From Clostridia bacterium (lineage in GTDB: Bacteria > Bacillota > Clostridia > Oscillospirales > Acutalibacteraceae), in the NCBI GenBank assembly GCA_017474045.1, contig JAFUHX010000031.1:25485-89484 (forward strand): 64,000 nt of DNA. The letters run 5' to 3'. Shown here piece after piece: positions 1-9,838 of this stretch (positions are counted from its first letter, which is position 1; each line of letters starts with the position of its first letter). The position numbers and the translations under genes are program-made. The notes under the pieces were generated by a model, which saw only the letters and a list, made by a program, of their open reading frames with translations, was not told the origin of the DNA and ran no database searches.

Positions 1-1165
1 GCTTTTTAAGCGATTTTGAGCAATTTCTTTTAAGAAGAGAGATTTTATCTTTTTCTCCTCTGGATCTGAAAAATAAATTACCGTTAGCTTCGTCAAAATC
101 AAATGAATTGATTTTCTCTCCGGAAAATTCGTTGAACGGAGATTGCTTAATAATAAAATCTCCCCCCGGAGTTACTGTTATTTCGTTTTCAACCGGAATT
201 TTCCATTCAGTCGATATAGGTCTTTTTTCAGAAGCAGAAACAAATGCAAAACCATCTTTAACAGAAAAAACAGCTTTTTTTGAAAGCTCAACGGTACCGT
301 AGCCATTTTTAACAAGCTCAATGCAAAGCTCAATATGTTTTTTCTCAACAGGTTTATTTAAACATGAAGAAATAATCTTTGCAATTACTCTTCTTAAAAC
401 AGCAACGTGAGTCTTTTCTAAATCCTGAAGCTTATATTTTCCTTCAACATAACTTGATTTTATCAGCTCATCAGCACAGATTTCAAGATAATTCTCATCA
501 TCATACACACTTCGGCTAAACCTTAAAAAGTTCTCTTCAAATGAAGAATTAATAGATTTGAGAACAGGAATAACGTTGTGTCTTATAGTATTTCTGGAAT
601 AATCATTACTTAGATTACTGCTGTCAGTTACGTAAGATAAACTGTTTTCTTTGCAGTAGCTTTCAATATCCTGTCTGCTGCAATCAATCAAAGGTCTTAT
701 GATATTATCCCTGACAGGAGCTATTCCTGAAGCACCTTTGAGACCGGTACCGCGAGCGAGATTGAAAATTATTGTTTCAATGCTGTCAGACAGAGTGTGT
801 GCGACAGCAATTTTGTTGCAATCAACTGAGTTAAAGCATTGATATCTGACAATTCTTCCGCATTCCTCAAGGCTGACCTTCATTTCCTTCGATTTTTGAG
901 GAATATCAACACTGAAAACTGATAGCTCAATATTATATTTACGACAAAATTCGCGAACAAAATTTTCGTCGCGCAGAGCCTCTTCACCTCGGATGTTATG
1001 ATTAACATGAACTGCTTTTAAATAAATATAACCTTTATCTCTAAGTTTACTTAAAAAATGCAAAAGACAAACCGAATCAGCGCCACCGGAAAAACCAACA
1101 GCAACCCTGTCGCCTTTTTCAAGCATTGAAAAATCATCAATGGTTTTGAAAATCTTACATGTCAT
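1..1165 (-). CDS. tilS: tRNA(Ile)-lysidine synthase TilS (partial; the 3' end runs off the window start)
   Basis: I translated the minus strand by hand from the ATG at 1165..1163: MTCKIFKTIDDFSMLEKGDRVAVGFSGGADSVCLLHFL..., which carries the PP-loop SGGxDS motif. The frame is still open at position 1 (...FRSRGGEKDKISLLKRNCSKSLKK). It is absent from the ORF track because no stop lies in the window. The start overlaps the dnaB stop by 11 nt. Confidence 0.8.
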   Translation of the reverse strand, partial: MTCKIFKTIDDFSMLEKGDRVAVGFSGGADSVCLLHFLSKLRDKGYIYLKAVHVNHNIRGEEALRDENFVREFCRKYNIELSVFSVDIPQKSKEMKVSLEECGRIVRYQCFNSVDCNKIAVAHTLSDSIETIIFNLARGTGLKGASGIAPVRDNIIRPLIDCSRQDIESYCKENSLSYVTDSSNLSNDYSRNTIRHNVIPVLKSINSSFEENFLRFSRSVYDDENYLEICADELIKSSYVEGKYKLQDLEKTHVAVLRRVIAKIISSCLNKPVEKKHIELCIELVKNGYGTVELSKKAVFSVKDGFAFVSASEKRPISTEWKIPVENEITVTPGGDFIIKQSPFNEFSGEKINSFDFDEANGNLFFRSRGEKDKISLLKRNCSKSLKK

Positions 1166-2549
1166 TTCTCAAAGTCTCCAGGTTAGAGAATAATGTATAG
1201 TCACCATTCCACATTGCTTCAACAGTTGTTGTCGGACCGTGACGGTTTTTGGCAACAATGAATTCAACCTTATTGATTGATGGCTTCTTTTCTTGTGGCT
1301 GCTGCTGTTCTTCATCGTCTTTTTCGCCAATATAATACTCATCACGATAAAGCATGATAACGATATCAGCGTCTTGTTCGATTGAACCTGATTCTCTTAA
1401 GTCTGCAAGCTGTGGTTTATGTGATTTTCCTCTCCCTTCAGTTGTTCTTGAAAGCTGGGCGAGAACAACAACAGGTATATTAAGGTCTTTAGCCATAAGC
1501 TTGAGGCTTCTTGTAATTTCAGAAACCTCCTGAACACGACTTTCCACTCTTCCTCCGCTTTTCATAAGCTGAAGGTAGTCAACAAAAACAGCATCAACAT
1601 CTTTAAGACGGCGAATACGCGATTTCATTTCAGGAACAGTCATGTTTGATGTGTCATCAAAATAAAGCTCACACTTGCTCAGAAGCGCTGTTGCCGTAGC
1701 CAATCTCGGCCATTCCTCATCTGAAATTTCACCGGTTCTCATTTTGGTGCTGAGAACACGCGCTTCTGTTGAAAGAACACGTTCAGCAAGCTGTTCTTTT
1801 GTCATTTCAAGAGAAAAAAACAGAACCTTTTTCTTGCCGAGCATGGCAACATTTCGAGCCATATTAAGAGCAAAGCTTGTTTTACCCATTGCAGGACGGG
1901 CGCCAACGATTAGAAGGTCTGAACGGTTAAGACCTGTGATAACTTTATCAAGATCAACAAATCCGGTTGTTACACCCTTATATTGATCCTTATCTTTGGA
2001 ATTTAAAAGCTGAAGCTTTTCATAAACATCATTAACAATAATTTCTCTGATATGTGTTGGGCCTTTTGAAACGCGACCTTGACGAATATCATAGATTTTT
2101 TGTTCAGCATTATCAAGAAGTAAATCGGCAGAACGATCTTCGCCAACAGAATCTTCAATAATTTCTTTTGAAACATTGATAAGAGTTCTGATATAAAACT
2201 TTTCTCTGATAATTTTGCAATAGCTCTCAATGTTTTCAGTTGAAGGAACGGATTGCGCTAATTGATAGAGATAGTTTTTACCCGAGGTGTCGTCATATAT
2301 CTTTTCAGATTTCAGTCTTTCGAGAATAATCAGCGGATCAACCTTCCCACCTAAAGAGTCAATTTCCTGCATAACGGTAAAAATTGCTTTATGCTGAGGA
2401 AGATAGAAAAAATTAGGTTTAATGGAAATATTTACCTGATTCAAGCAATCAGGCTCACTGAGAATGCAACCTAAAACTGCTTGTTCTGCTTCAAGGCTGA
2501 AGGGCATATTTACATCATCAAGACTGATGAAAACGGAATTGCCCGCCAT
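1155..2549 (-). CDS. dnaB: replicative DNA helicase DnaB (DnaC in B. subtilis nomenclature)
   Basis: 464-aa ORF with Walker A GARPAMGKTSFALN and a RecA-like C-terminal domain (SLEM, DYLQLM, IVIMLYRDEYY). It lies immediately downstream of rplI, as in Firmicutes. Its length leaves no room for an intein. Confidence 0.95.
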   Translation of the reverse strand: MAGNSVFISLDDVNMPFSLEAEQAVLGCILSEPDCLNQVNISIKPNFFYLPQHKAIFTVMQEIDSLGGKVDPLIILERLKSEKIYDDTSGKNYLYQLAQSVPSTENIESYCKIIREKFYIRTLINVSKEIIEDSVGEDRSADLLLDNAEQKIYDIRQGRVSKGPTHIREIIVNDVYEKLQLLNSKDKDQYKGVTTGFVDLDKVITGLNRSDLLIVGARPAMGKTSFALNMARNVAMLGKKKVLFFSLEMTKEQLAERVLSTEARVLSTKMRTGEISDEEWPRLATATALLSKCELYFDDTSNMTVPEMKSRIRRLKDVDAVFVDYLQLMKSGGRVESRVQEVSEITRSLKLMAKDLNIPVVVLAQLSRTTEGRGKSHKPQLADLRESGSIEQDADIVIMLYRDEYYIGEKDDEEQQQPQEKKPSINKVEFIVAKNRHGPTTTVEAMWNGDYTLFSNLETLRNDM

Positions 2550-2551
2550 GA

Positions 2552-2992
2552 TTATTCACCTACCATAACAAAGAGTTTAGCAGATATTCCGGTATAAAGC
2601 TTAACTTCAAACTCATAGGTTCCGAATTGTCTGATATCACTGACAACAATTTTCTTTTTATCAACCTCAATAGAAAACTCTTCTTTAAGTTTTTCAGCAA
2701 TTTCCTTAGAGGTTACTGATCCGAAAAGCTTTCCGTTGCTTCCGCCCTTTGCAGAAATCTTAATTGTTTTTCCTGAAATTCTTTCAGCGTTTGCCTGAGC
2801 CTCTTTTGTTTCTGTTGCAATTCTGTATTTTTCAGCTTGTTGCTTATTTTTAAGCTCACTCATTGCCTGAGCATTAGCTTCAACGGCAAGATTTCTGGGG
2901 AAAAGGAAGTTTCTTGCGTAACCGTCTGAGGTGTTAACAAGCTCACCCTTTTTTCCGAGTCCTTTAACATCTTGTTTTAAAATTACTTTCAT
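2552..2992 (-). CDS. rplI: 50S ribosomal protein L9
   Basis: 146-aa ORF with the N-terminus [32 protein letters not shown] typical of L9. It sits in gdpP-rplI-dnaB synteny. Confidence 0.95.
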   Translation of the reverse strand: MKVILKQDVKGLGKKGELVNTSDGYARNFLFPRNLAVEANAQAMSELKNKQQAEKYRIATETKEAQANAERISGKTIKISAKGGSNGKLFGSVTSKEIAEKLKEEFSIEVDKKKIVVSDIRQFGTYEFEVKLYTGISAKLFVMVGE

Positions 2993-3018
2993 ATTTTATT
3001 CCTCCGTTTAAAACGCAA

Positions 3019-4977
3019 TTATGAATCAAGGTATTTGTCAATTGCGCTAATTAATTTTTGTTTTGATTTTGTTAAGTCTGTATTTTTCAGTTGACAAGCA
3101 GACATTGCCTGATGTCCACCGCCGCCTAACATTTCCATAATCAGCTGAACATTGATTTCACCAAATGATCTGGCAGAAATATTAACCTCATCGCCGTTGT
3201 TGTATAAGACAAAAGAAGCCTTTATTCCTTCAATATTCAACATTTCATCGGCAGCCTGAGAAGTTATCAGTCGGATATCCTTGCTATCGTTTTCAACAAC
3301 AGAAATTGCGCATTGCTCTCTGTATTTTTCAGCATTATCAATTACTGAATTTCTCATTCTGAAAATATCCATATCGTTTGAAAACAGCTTTTTAGCTTCA
3401 ACAGTATTAGCTGCCCTGCTCCTTAAATAAGCAGCAGCTTCAAATGTGCGGACTCCGGTTCTGATAACGAAATTTCTTGTATCAAGCATTATTCCGGCGA
3501 AAAGAGCCTGAGCGCAAAGTGAATCTATAAACGGTTTAACATCAACATATTGAACTAATTCGGTTACCATTTCACAGGTCGATGAGGCATTTGGTGAATG
3601 AAAGAACAAAGAAGTGTTTTCAATATATCCAATTGATTTTCTGTGATGGTCGATAACGATAATTTTTTCAACAGCATCAACCAAACCGGGACACTCTGTA
3701 AAATCTTTTTTATGGGTATCAACAACAACAAGAAGTGTGTTTTCGTGAACAAGAGACAGCGAGCTTTCAGGTGAAATAAACATCTTTTCTTCTGTAATTG
3801 AATCATATTTTTCAACAATGGGTCCGGCAAGAGTTGTTTTTTTATCAATAACAATTGCTGCAGGAACTGAAAAATGTTTTGCAATTGAATAAACGCCGAC
3901 TGCTGCACCGAAAGCATCAAAATCAGAAAATCTATGACCCATTATCAAAACATTATCGCTGTTTTTTATTGAGTCTGAAATTGATTTTGCAATAAGACGT
4001 GTTTTAACCTTATTTCTCTTTTCAACACCCTGAGATACGCCGCCATAAAATTTATATTGCGCCTGATGCTTTATTGCAACCTGATCGCCGCCACGGCTTT
4101 GAGCCATATCCAGAGCTTGCTTGGCTGAATTGTTTGAATCTTCAAGGGAGGCTTCTTTACCCACTCCGATTGAAAGCGTTACATCTGCGCTCTTTTCCTC
4201 ATAAGTAAATTCTCTGATTTTTTCAAGAATTGAGAATTTATCTGCAATCATTTTCTGAATTGCTCTTTCTTCAGCAAAAATCATCATTCGAGCGTTTGAA
4301 TATTTTCGGCAAAGGGCACCGTAAGAATTAGCCCAGCTGTCGATTAATTGCTCAAGCTTACTGAAAATTGCAGCACATTCACTTTCTTTGAAATTCTGAT
4401 AAATTTCATCAGCATTATCAATGACGGTAAGCATTATAGATGGTCTGGAATCATAATATTCTTTTTCTGTGAGTCTCAGCTTTGTTTCATCAAAGAAATA
4501 GAGAAGAAAAAGCTTTCCGTCTTCAGTTTCGATTTCGCTGGAATACACAGAAAAATATTTTGAATCAACCTTCAGCCTGAAGCCTCTGCCTTCAAGAATT
4601 TTGTCAATTTTATTCTTTTTGAGAATAGTTTTAATATCGTTAGTTGAAGTTTCATCTGAAATTTCAAAACTGTTTTTAAAGCTGTTGTTGAACCAAAGAA
4701 TGTTTCCTTCTTCCTGAATAACACAACAGGCAACAGTTAAATCATTAAAGGCTTTTCCGTTTTCGTAATCAAGCAAGTGAGAAATTTGATTCGCCTGATA
4801 AACCATTTTTTCCTTTGTTTTTTTAATATAGAGAGTTTTAAAGGCTATTAAGCCACAAAGAACCAGGAACTCTGTTAAAGCAAGATATATATTAAAATAA
4901 CCGCTGATTATAACAAATAGAAACGACAGAAAAAATGAGATTAAAGAAACGTCAAACCTTTTCCATAACTTTTTCAT
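3019..4977 (-). CDS. gdpP: DHH/DHHA1 phosphodiesterase of the GdpP (YybT) type, likely a c-di-AMP phosphodiesterase
   Basis: 652 aa. It has two N-terminal hydrophobic helices, a central degenerate GGDEF-like region, a DHH motif (VIDHHRK) and a DHHA1 GGGGH motif (LGGGGHQAMSA). Its position upstream of rplI-dnaB matches B. subtilis yybT. Confidence 0.85.
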   Translation of the reverse strand: MKKLWKRFDVSLISFFLSFLFVIISGYFNIYLALTEFLVLCGLIAFKTLYIKKTKEKMVYQANQISHLLDYENGKAFNDLTVACCVIQEEGNILWFNNSFKNSFEISDETSTNDIKTILKKNKIDKILEGRGFRLKVDSKYFSVYSSEIETEDGKLFLLYFFDETKLRLTEKEYYDSRPSIMLTVIDNADEIYQNFKESECAAIFSKLEQLIDSWANSYGALCRKYSNARMMIFAEERAIQKMIADKFSILEKIREFTYEEKSADVTLSIGVGKEASLEDSNNSAKQALDMAQSRGGDQVAIKHQAQYKFYGGVSQGVEKRNKVKTRLIAKSISDSIKNSDNVLIMGHRFSDFDAFGAAVGVYSIAKHFSVPAAIVIDKKTTLAGPIVEKYDSITEEKMFISPESSLSLVHENTLLVVVDTHKKDFTECPGLVDAVEKIIVIDHHRKSIGYIENTSLFFHSPNASSTCEMVTELVQYVDVKPFIDSLCAQALFAGIMLDTRNFVIRTGVRTFEAAAYLRSRAANTVEAKKLFSNDMDIFRMRNSVIDNAEKYREQCAISVVENDSKDIRLITSQAADEMLNIEGIKASFVLYNNGDEVNISARSFGEINVQLIMEMLGGGGHQAMSACQLKNTDLTKSKQKLISAIDKYLDS

Positions 4978-4982
4978 TGAAA

Positions 4983-6785
4983 TTAAATCTCCATAAGAAT
5001 AGGTAATATCATGGGATTGCGCTTGGTTCGCTCATACATGAGTTTTGAAACATCATCGCGTACCCTGTTTTTTATTGAATTCCAGTTTTTGTCATTGGTC
5101 TTCATAATGGCATCATAGGCCGTCTTTCTTGCTTCTTCAATCAAGCCCTCAGCTTCTTTAACAAAAACAAAGCCTCTTGAAAAAATCTCCGGACCTGAAA
5201 CCAAATCACAAGTTACACAATCAATTGCAAAAACAACGATGATAATTCCGTCTTCGGCAAGATGTTTTCTGTCTCTTATAACAATGCTGCCAACATCTCC
5301 AACGCCGATTCCGTCAACAAAAACCTTGCCGGCCTGAACAGAAGGAAGCTTTTTGATTTTATCGTTTGTCAGCTCAATATATGAGCCGTTATCAACGATT
5401 GCAACATTCTTTTTGTCAACACCCATTGAGTAAGCGAGTTGAGCGTGTTTTTGAAGATGCTTCTGTTCACCGTGAACCGGTATGAAAAACTTAGGTTTAA
5501 CAAGACCGAGCATAAGCTTGAGCTCTTCACGGCAAGCATGACCTGAGACATGAACATCATACATTTTTTCATAAACAACCTCAGCTCCAAGCTTCAGAAG
5601 TTCGTTAATGACCTTGCCGACGGTTTTTTCGTTTCCGGGAATAGGTGTTGCTGAAATAATAACATAATCATTGGGAGTAATGGCAACTTTTCTATGGTCT
5701 GAAAGCGCCATTCTCGTCAAAGCAGACATTGGTTCGCCCTGACTTCCTGTTGTTATGATAACAAGCTCATGAGGACTATACTTGTTAATAAGATCAAGAT
5801 CAATAATTATTCCGTCAGGAACCTTAAGATAGCCAAGCTCACGACTTATTGCAACAACGTTTTCAAGACTTCTTCCCGAAAGGGCAACTTTTCTTCCGAG
5901 AGCCTCAGCTACATTGATAATCTGCTGAACACGATGGATGTTTGAAGCAAAGGTTGCAACAATTATTCTTCGGTTTCCTGCTTTTCTGAAAAGGAGCTCA
6001 AAAGACTCCCCTACTTTTCGTTCGCTTTCAGTATAGCCGGGTCTTTCGGCGTTGGTTGAATCAGCGAGAAAACAAAGAACGCCTTCATTTCCCAACTGTG
6101 CAAAGCGCGCAAGATCGATCATTCCGCCATCAATTGGTGTGCTGTCGATTTTAAAGTCACCTGTGTGAACGATTGTTCCACCTGCGCATTTTATTGCAAA
6201 GCCGACGGCATCGGGAATTGAATGGTTGACATGAATAAATTCAACGTTGAATTTTCCAAGCTTAACTGTTTCTCCGGGATTAACTGTATTAAGCTTACAT
6301 TTATTTAAAATGTTATGTTCTTTTAATTTACCTTGAATTAGTCCGATGGTCAGTCTTGTTCCGTAAACGGGAACGTTGACTGTTTTAAGAAGGTAAGCAA
6401 GAGCACCTATATGGTCTTCGTGACCGTGAGTTATAACAATTCCTTTGATTTTTTCGTGATTCTTTTCAATGAAGTTGAAATCAGGAATAACAAGGTCAAT
6501 ACCAAGCATATCTTCATCGGGAAAAGCCAGTCCGCAATCAACGATTATCATGCTGTCTTCATATTCAAAAACAGTCATGTTTTTGCCGACTTCGTTAAGA
6601 CCGCCAAGAAAAGCAATTCTAATGGGACTTGCTTTGACTGATGAAGTGTTGGAAGTTTTTTTGGATAAATTTTTTTCAGACGTTTGTTTTTTAGTTTTCT
6701 TTTTATAATAAAATCTTTGAGCCTTTTTGGCTTTTCCTTGATTTTTGTTTTCCTTGTGTGTAATGGAAGTTTTCTTTTCGCTCAT
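4983..6785 (-). CDS. rnj: ribonuclease J (metallo-beta-lactamase / beta-CASP family) with a lysine-rich N-terminal extension
   Basis: 600 aa with the HxHxDH motif (THGHEDHIGA), beta-CASP region and C-terminal domain. The RBS AAAGGAG lies 10 nt upstream of the ATG. Confidence 0.9.
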   Translation of the reverse strand: MSEKKTSITHKENKNQGKAKKAQRFYYKKKTKKQTSEKNLSKKTSNTSSVKASPIRIAFLGGLNEVGKNMTVFEYEDSMIIVDCGLAFPDEDMLGIDLVIPDFNFIEKNHEKIKGIVITHGHEDHIGALAYLLKTVNVPVYGTRLTIGLIQGKLKEHNILNKCKLNTVNPGETVKLGKFNVEFIHVNHSIPDAVGFAIKCAGGTIVHTGDFKIDSTPIDGGMIDLARFAQLGNEGVLCFLADSTNAERPGYTESERKVGESFELLFRKAGNRRIIVATFASNIHRVQQIINVAEALGRKVALSGRSLENVVAISRELGYLKVPDGIIIDLDLINKYSPHELVIITTGSQGEPMSALTRMALSDHRKVAITPNDYVIISATPIPGNEKTVGKVINELLKLGAEVVYEKMYDVHVSGHACREELKLMLGLVKPKFFIPVHGEQKHLQKHAQLAYSMGVDKKNVAIVDNGSYIELTNDKIKKLPSVQAGKVFVDGIGVGDVGSIVIRDRKHLAEDGIIIVVFAIDCVTCDLVSGPEIFSRGFVFVKEAEGLIEEARKTAYDAIMKTNDKNWNSIKNRVRDDVSKLMYERTKRNPMILPILMEI

Positions 6786-6902
6786 TATAGATAAATCACT
6801 CCTTTTTGTCAGATGAATAAATTAAATAATATATTAAATCAACCGAAGAATTTTTATTCATTAAAAATTATAGACACAAAATACCCATAATAATATTCTA
6901 TT

Positions 6903-6931
6903 ATTTTACTATCTTTTTATTGTTATGTCAA
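6903..6931 (-). promoter_or_regulatory. sigma-A-type promoter candidate for rnj (TTGACA-17-TAAAAT)
   Basis: On the minus strand, TTGACA (6931..6926) is followed by 17 nt and then TAAAAT (6908..6903). This predicts a 5' leader of about 110 nt. Confidence 0.5.
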
Positions 6932-6991
6932 GAAAAAGATGTCCGATAATTATTTTGCCTTGCTATTATTGACATATAATTATAATATCTA

Positions 6992-7020
6992 TTGTCAAAA
7001 AAAATAACTTGTGTTAAAAT
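6992..7020 (+). promoter_or_regulatory. promoter candidate for rnhA (TTGTCA-17-TAAAAT with an extended -10 TG)
   Basis: TTGTCA at 6992-6997, 17-nt spacer, TGtTAAAAT at 7012-7020. Confidence 0.4.
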
Positions 7021-7035
7021 ATCTGAGATATTATT

Positions 7036-7506
7036 ATGAAAGGTAATGCGTTTTGCGGTCGAACAATGAAAAAGGTAACAATTTATACTGACGGTGCTTG
7101 CAGCGGTAATCCCGGTGCAGGCGGTTGGGGAACTATACTTGACTATATGGGAAAAAGAAAGGAGCTTTGCGGCGGTGAGGCTCAGACAACAAACAACAGG
7201 ATGGAGCTTACTGCAGTTATTGAAGGACTGAAGGCATTAAAAGAAAAATGCCAGGTAACAATTGTTACCGATTCGCAATATGTTGTTAACGGAATAACTC
7301 TTGGCTGGGCAAAATCATGGAAGGCTAACGGTTGGCGAAAAAAAGACAGAAAGCCTGCTCTAAATCCTGAGCTTTGGGATGAGCTTCTTTCTCTTATTGA
7401 AAAGCATGAAGTTTCTTTTGAATGGATCAGAGGTCACGCAGGACACAGTGAAAACGAAAGATGCGACCGGATGGCAGTTGAACAAAGCATGAAATTTAAA
7501 GATTAA
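7036..7506 (+). CDS. rnhA: ribonuclease HI
   Basis: It carries the motif KVTIYTDGACSGNPGAGGWG followed by ...NNRMEL...TDSQYV...W.RGHAGHSENERCD, covering the RNase H DEDD residues. The start is ambiguous. The ATG at 7066 (MKKVTIYTDG) aligns better with known RNase HI N-termini, and the candidate promoter would leave almost no leader before 7036. Confidence 0.85.
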   Translation: MKGNAFCGRTMKKVTIYTDGACSGNPGAGGWGTILDYMGKRKELCGGEAQTTNNRMELTAVIEGLKALKEKCQVTIVTDSQYVVNGITLGWAKSWKANGWRKKDRKPALNPELWDELLSLIEKHEVSFEWIRGHAGHSENERCDRMAVEQSMKFKD

Positions 7507-7522
7507 AATTTAAAAGATAAAA

Positions 7523-7557
7523 TGCAGATGCATATTGGGAATGCACCTGCATTTTTT
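7523..7557. terminator. bidirectional intrinsic terminator between the convergent rnhA and parC genes
   Basis: Hairpin TGCAGATGCAT-attggga-ATGCACCTGCA with one mismatch. It is flanked by an A-run upstream and TTTTTT downstream. Confidence 0.6.
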
Positions 7558-7558
7558 A

Positions 7559-9823
7559 TTATTCATCAAAACCTTCAAAAGTCATATTGTTTTTTAAAGC
7601 AGCATCTTCTGTTGACAAAAGAGCACCTGTTGATGGAAGTGATTTTGTTTTATATCTTGAATCCTTAACAAACTCACCCGGTTTATGAAGGCGAACATTT
7701 GAAATTCTGTTGCCTTTTTTAAGGGTGAAGCAGGCAACACCGATTGTGTCCTTCGTTGTTTTTTCAGCGACAATAGAAGTATTAAAGAGAAGATATCTTC
7801 CGGCTGTTGTTTCAACAACAATATCAACATCATCTTCAATTTTGATAATTGCTGCAAGGGGAGATTTATCGCTGTATGCTTTTATTAATTTCTTTCTGTT
7901 TGTTTTAGTCAGATAAGAAGCAAGACTAACTTTTGCAACCTTTCCGTTTTCAAAGAAAAACAGCATACTTCCCTTTCCGTCATCAGAAAGAGTTGAAACA
8001 TAAACAGCGTTTTCTTCAGGCTCCATTTCAAGCTTGGAAGCAACAAATTCGCCTAACACGCTGGCCTTTGTGTCCGGGAAGTCATTTGCTTTAGCTTTGT
8101 AAACCTGGCATTTATCGGTGAAAAACAGCAAGCTTGTGTTATTTGAAGCCTCAATAACCTGAGTGATTCTGTCGTTTTCTTTAAGTTTTTGTTCTCCACT
8201 CATTCTGAGTGACTGAGCAGTAATTTTTTTGAAATATCCGTCTCTTGTGAAGAAAAGAGTTACGGGATAATCAGGAATATCTTCGGATTCGTTTTCGCTT
8301 TCAATATTGCTGATTTCAAGAATCTCCGATTTTCTTTCAGTCGAATACTTGCTGATAACCTGCTCTAATTCTCCGATAATAACCTTTCTCATTTTTGCTT
8401 TACTGGAAAGAGTATCCTCCATATCGGCTATTTGCTTAGTAAGGTTTTCGATATCTTTAAGACGCTTTAAAATGTGTTCTCTGTTTAAATGGCGAAGCTT
8501 GATTTCAGCAACATATTCAGCCTGAATCTTATCAATTCCAAAGCCAACCATCAAATTCGGAACAACTTCGCTTTCTTCTTCTGTGTTTCTGATTATTTTA
8601 ATTGCTTTATCAATATCAAGAAGGATTTTTTCAAGTCCTTTAAGAAGATGAAGTCGATCTTTAGCTTTGTTTAAATCAAAATTGATTCTTCTGAAAATAC
8701 ATCTTCCTCTGAATCTTATCCATTCAATAAGAAGCTCTTTTACACCGAGAACGCGGGGATAACCGTCAATAAGAACATTGAAATTGCATGAAAAGCTGTC
8801 TTCAAGCGGTGTTGATTTATAAAGCTTCTGCATTAATTTATCAGGGTCAGTACCGCGTTTTAAATCAATTGTAATTTTAAGACCCTTTTTGTCAGTTTCA
8901 TCTCTGATGTCGCTTATTTCTCTGAGAGAACCGGATTTAATGCGTTCAATAATTTTATCAATTATCACTTCAGCCGTTGTTGTTGGCGGAATTTGTTTAA
9001 TATCAATGCAATTAGCTGACTTATCATAGGAATATTTAGCTCTGACTTTGATGCTTCCCCTGCCGGTGTTATAAATTTCTTCCATTTGCTGACGGTCATA
9101 AAGAATTATGCCACCACCAATAAAATCAGGAGCAGGAAGCGTTTCGATTACGTTGTGTTCCCGATTCTTAATAAGCTCAATAGTTGTCTGACAAAGCTCA
9201 CGAAGATTGAAAGAACAAATGGAGCTAGCCATACCAACAGCTATTCCCAGGCTGACATTAGCAAGAATCGAAGGGAATGTTACAGGAAGCAAAACAGGTT
9301 CTTTCATCGTGCTGTCATAGTTATCGACAAAATCGGTTGTGTCTTTGTCGATATCTCTGAAAAGCTCATTGCAAATTACGTCTAATTTGGCTTCGGTATA
9401 TCTTGCCGCAGCATAGTGCATATCGCGAGAATATGCCTTACCGAAGTTACCCTTTGAATCAACATAAGGATTAAGAAGTGCTTCATTACCGCGAGAAAGT
9501 CTGACCATTGTTTCATATATTGAAGCATCACCATGGGGGTTGAGTCTCATGGTCTGACCAACAATATTGGCTGATTTTGTTCTTCCTGAGGTAAGAAGAT
9601 TCATTTTATACATTGTATAAAGCAGTTTTCTGTGTGAGGGTTTAAAGCCATCAATTTCAGGAATCGCTCTTGAGAGAATAACGCTCATTGCGTAGGGCAT
9701 ATAGTTGATTTCAAGAGTGTCAACTATTGACTGCTCCATTATTTCACCTGCTGAAGCAATGTAGGTGTTCTTAAGGATATCGGCCTCTGAGGGCTTTTCG
9801 CTATTCTTTTTCTTTTTAGCCAT
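7559..9823 (-). CDS. parC: type IIA DNA topoisomerase subunit A (topoisomerase IV ParC-like)
   Basis: 754 aa with PEIDGFKPSHRKLLY, NPHGD and the active-site Tyr context AARYTEAKL. I found no GyrA-box (QRRGGKG-like). The RBS GAGGT precedes the ATG, and the gene lies directly downstream of the B subunit. Confidence 0.75.
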   Translation of the reverse strand: MAKKKKNSEKPSEADILKNTYIASAGEIMEQSIVDTLEINYMPYAMSVILSRAIPEIDGFKPSHRKLLYTMYKMNLLTSGRTKSANIVGQTMRLNPHGDASIYETMVRLSRGNEALLNPYVDSKGNFGKAYSRDMHYAAARYTEAKLDVICNELFRDIDKDTTDFVDNYDSTMKEPVLLPVTFPSILANVSLGIAVGMASSICSFNLRELCQTTIELIKNREHNVIETLPAPDFIGGGIILYDRQQMEEIYNTGRGSIKVRAKYSYDKSANCIDIKQIPPTTTAEVIIDKIIERIKSGSLREISDIRDETDKKGLKITIDLKRGTDPDKLMQKLYKSTPLEDSFSCNFNVLIDGYPRVLGVKELLIEWIRFRGRCIFRRINFDLNKAKDRLHLLKGLEKILLDIDKAIKIIRNTEEESEVVPNLMVGFGIDKIQAEYVAEIKLRHLNREHILKRLKDIENLTKQIADMEDTLSSKAKMRKVIIGELEQVISKYSTERKSEILEISNIESENESEDIPDYPVTLFFTRDGYFKKITAQSLRMSGEQKLKENDRITQVIEASNNTSLLFFTDKCQVYKAKANDFPDTKASVLGEFVASKLEMEPEENAVYVSTLSDDGKGSMLFFFENGKVAKVSLASYLTKTNRKKLIKAYSDKSPLAAIIKIEDDVDIVVETTAGRYLLFNTSIVAEKTTKDTIGVACFTLKKGNRISNVRLHKPGEFVKDSRYKTKSLPSTGALLSTEDAALKNNMTFEGFDE

Positions 9824-9838
9824 AGTTTACCTCATTTA

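Noticed and set aside
108-302. A 64-aa plus-strand ORF at the left edge.
   Set aside because: It lies antisense within the tilS coding frame. It has no RBS and no recognisable motif.
1155-2549. A possible intein in DnaB, which is common in some lineages.
   Set aside because: At 464 aa with contiguous helicase motifs there is no room for an intein.
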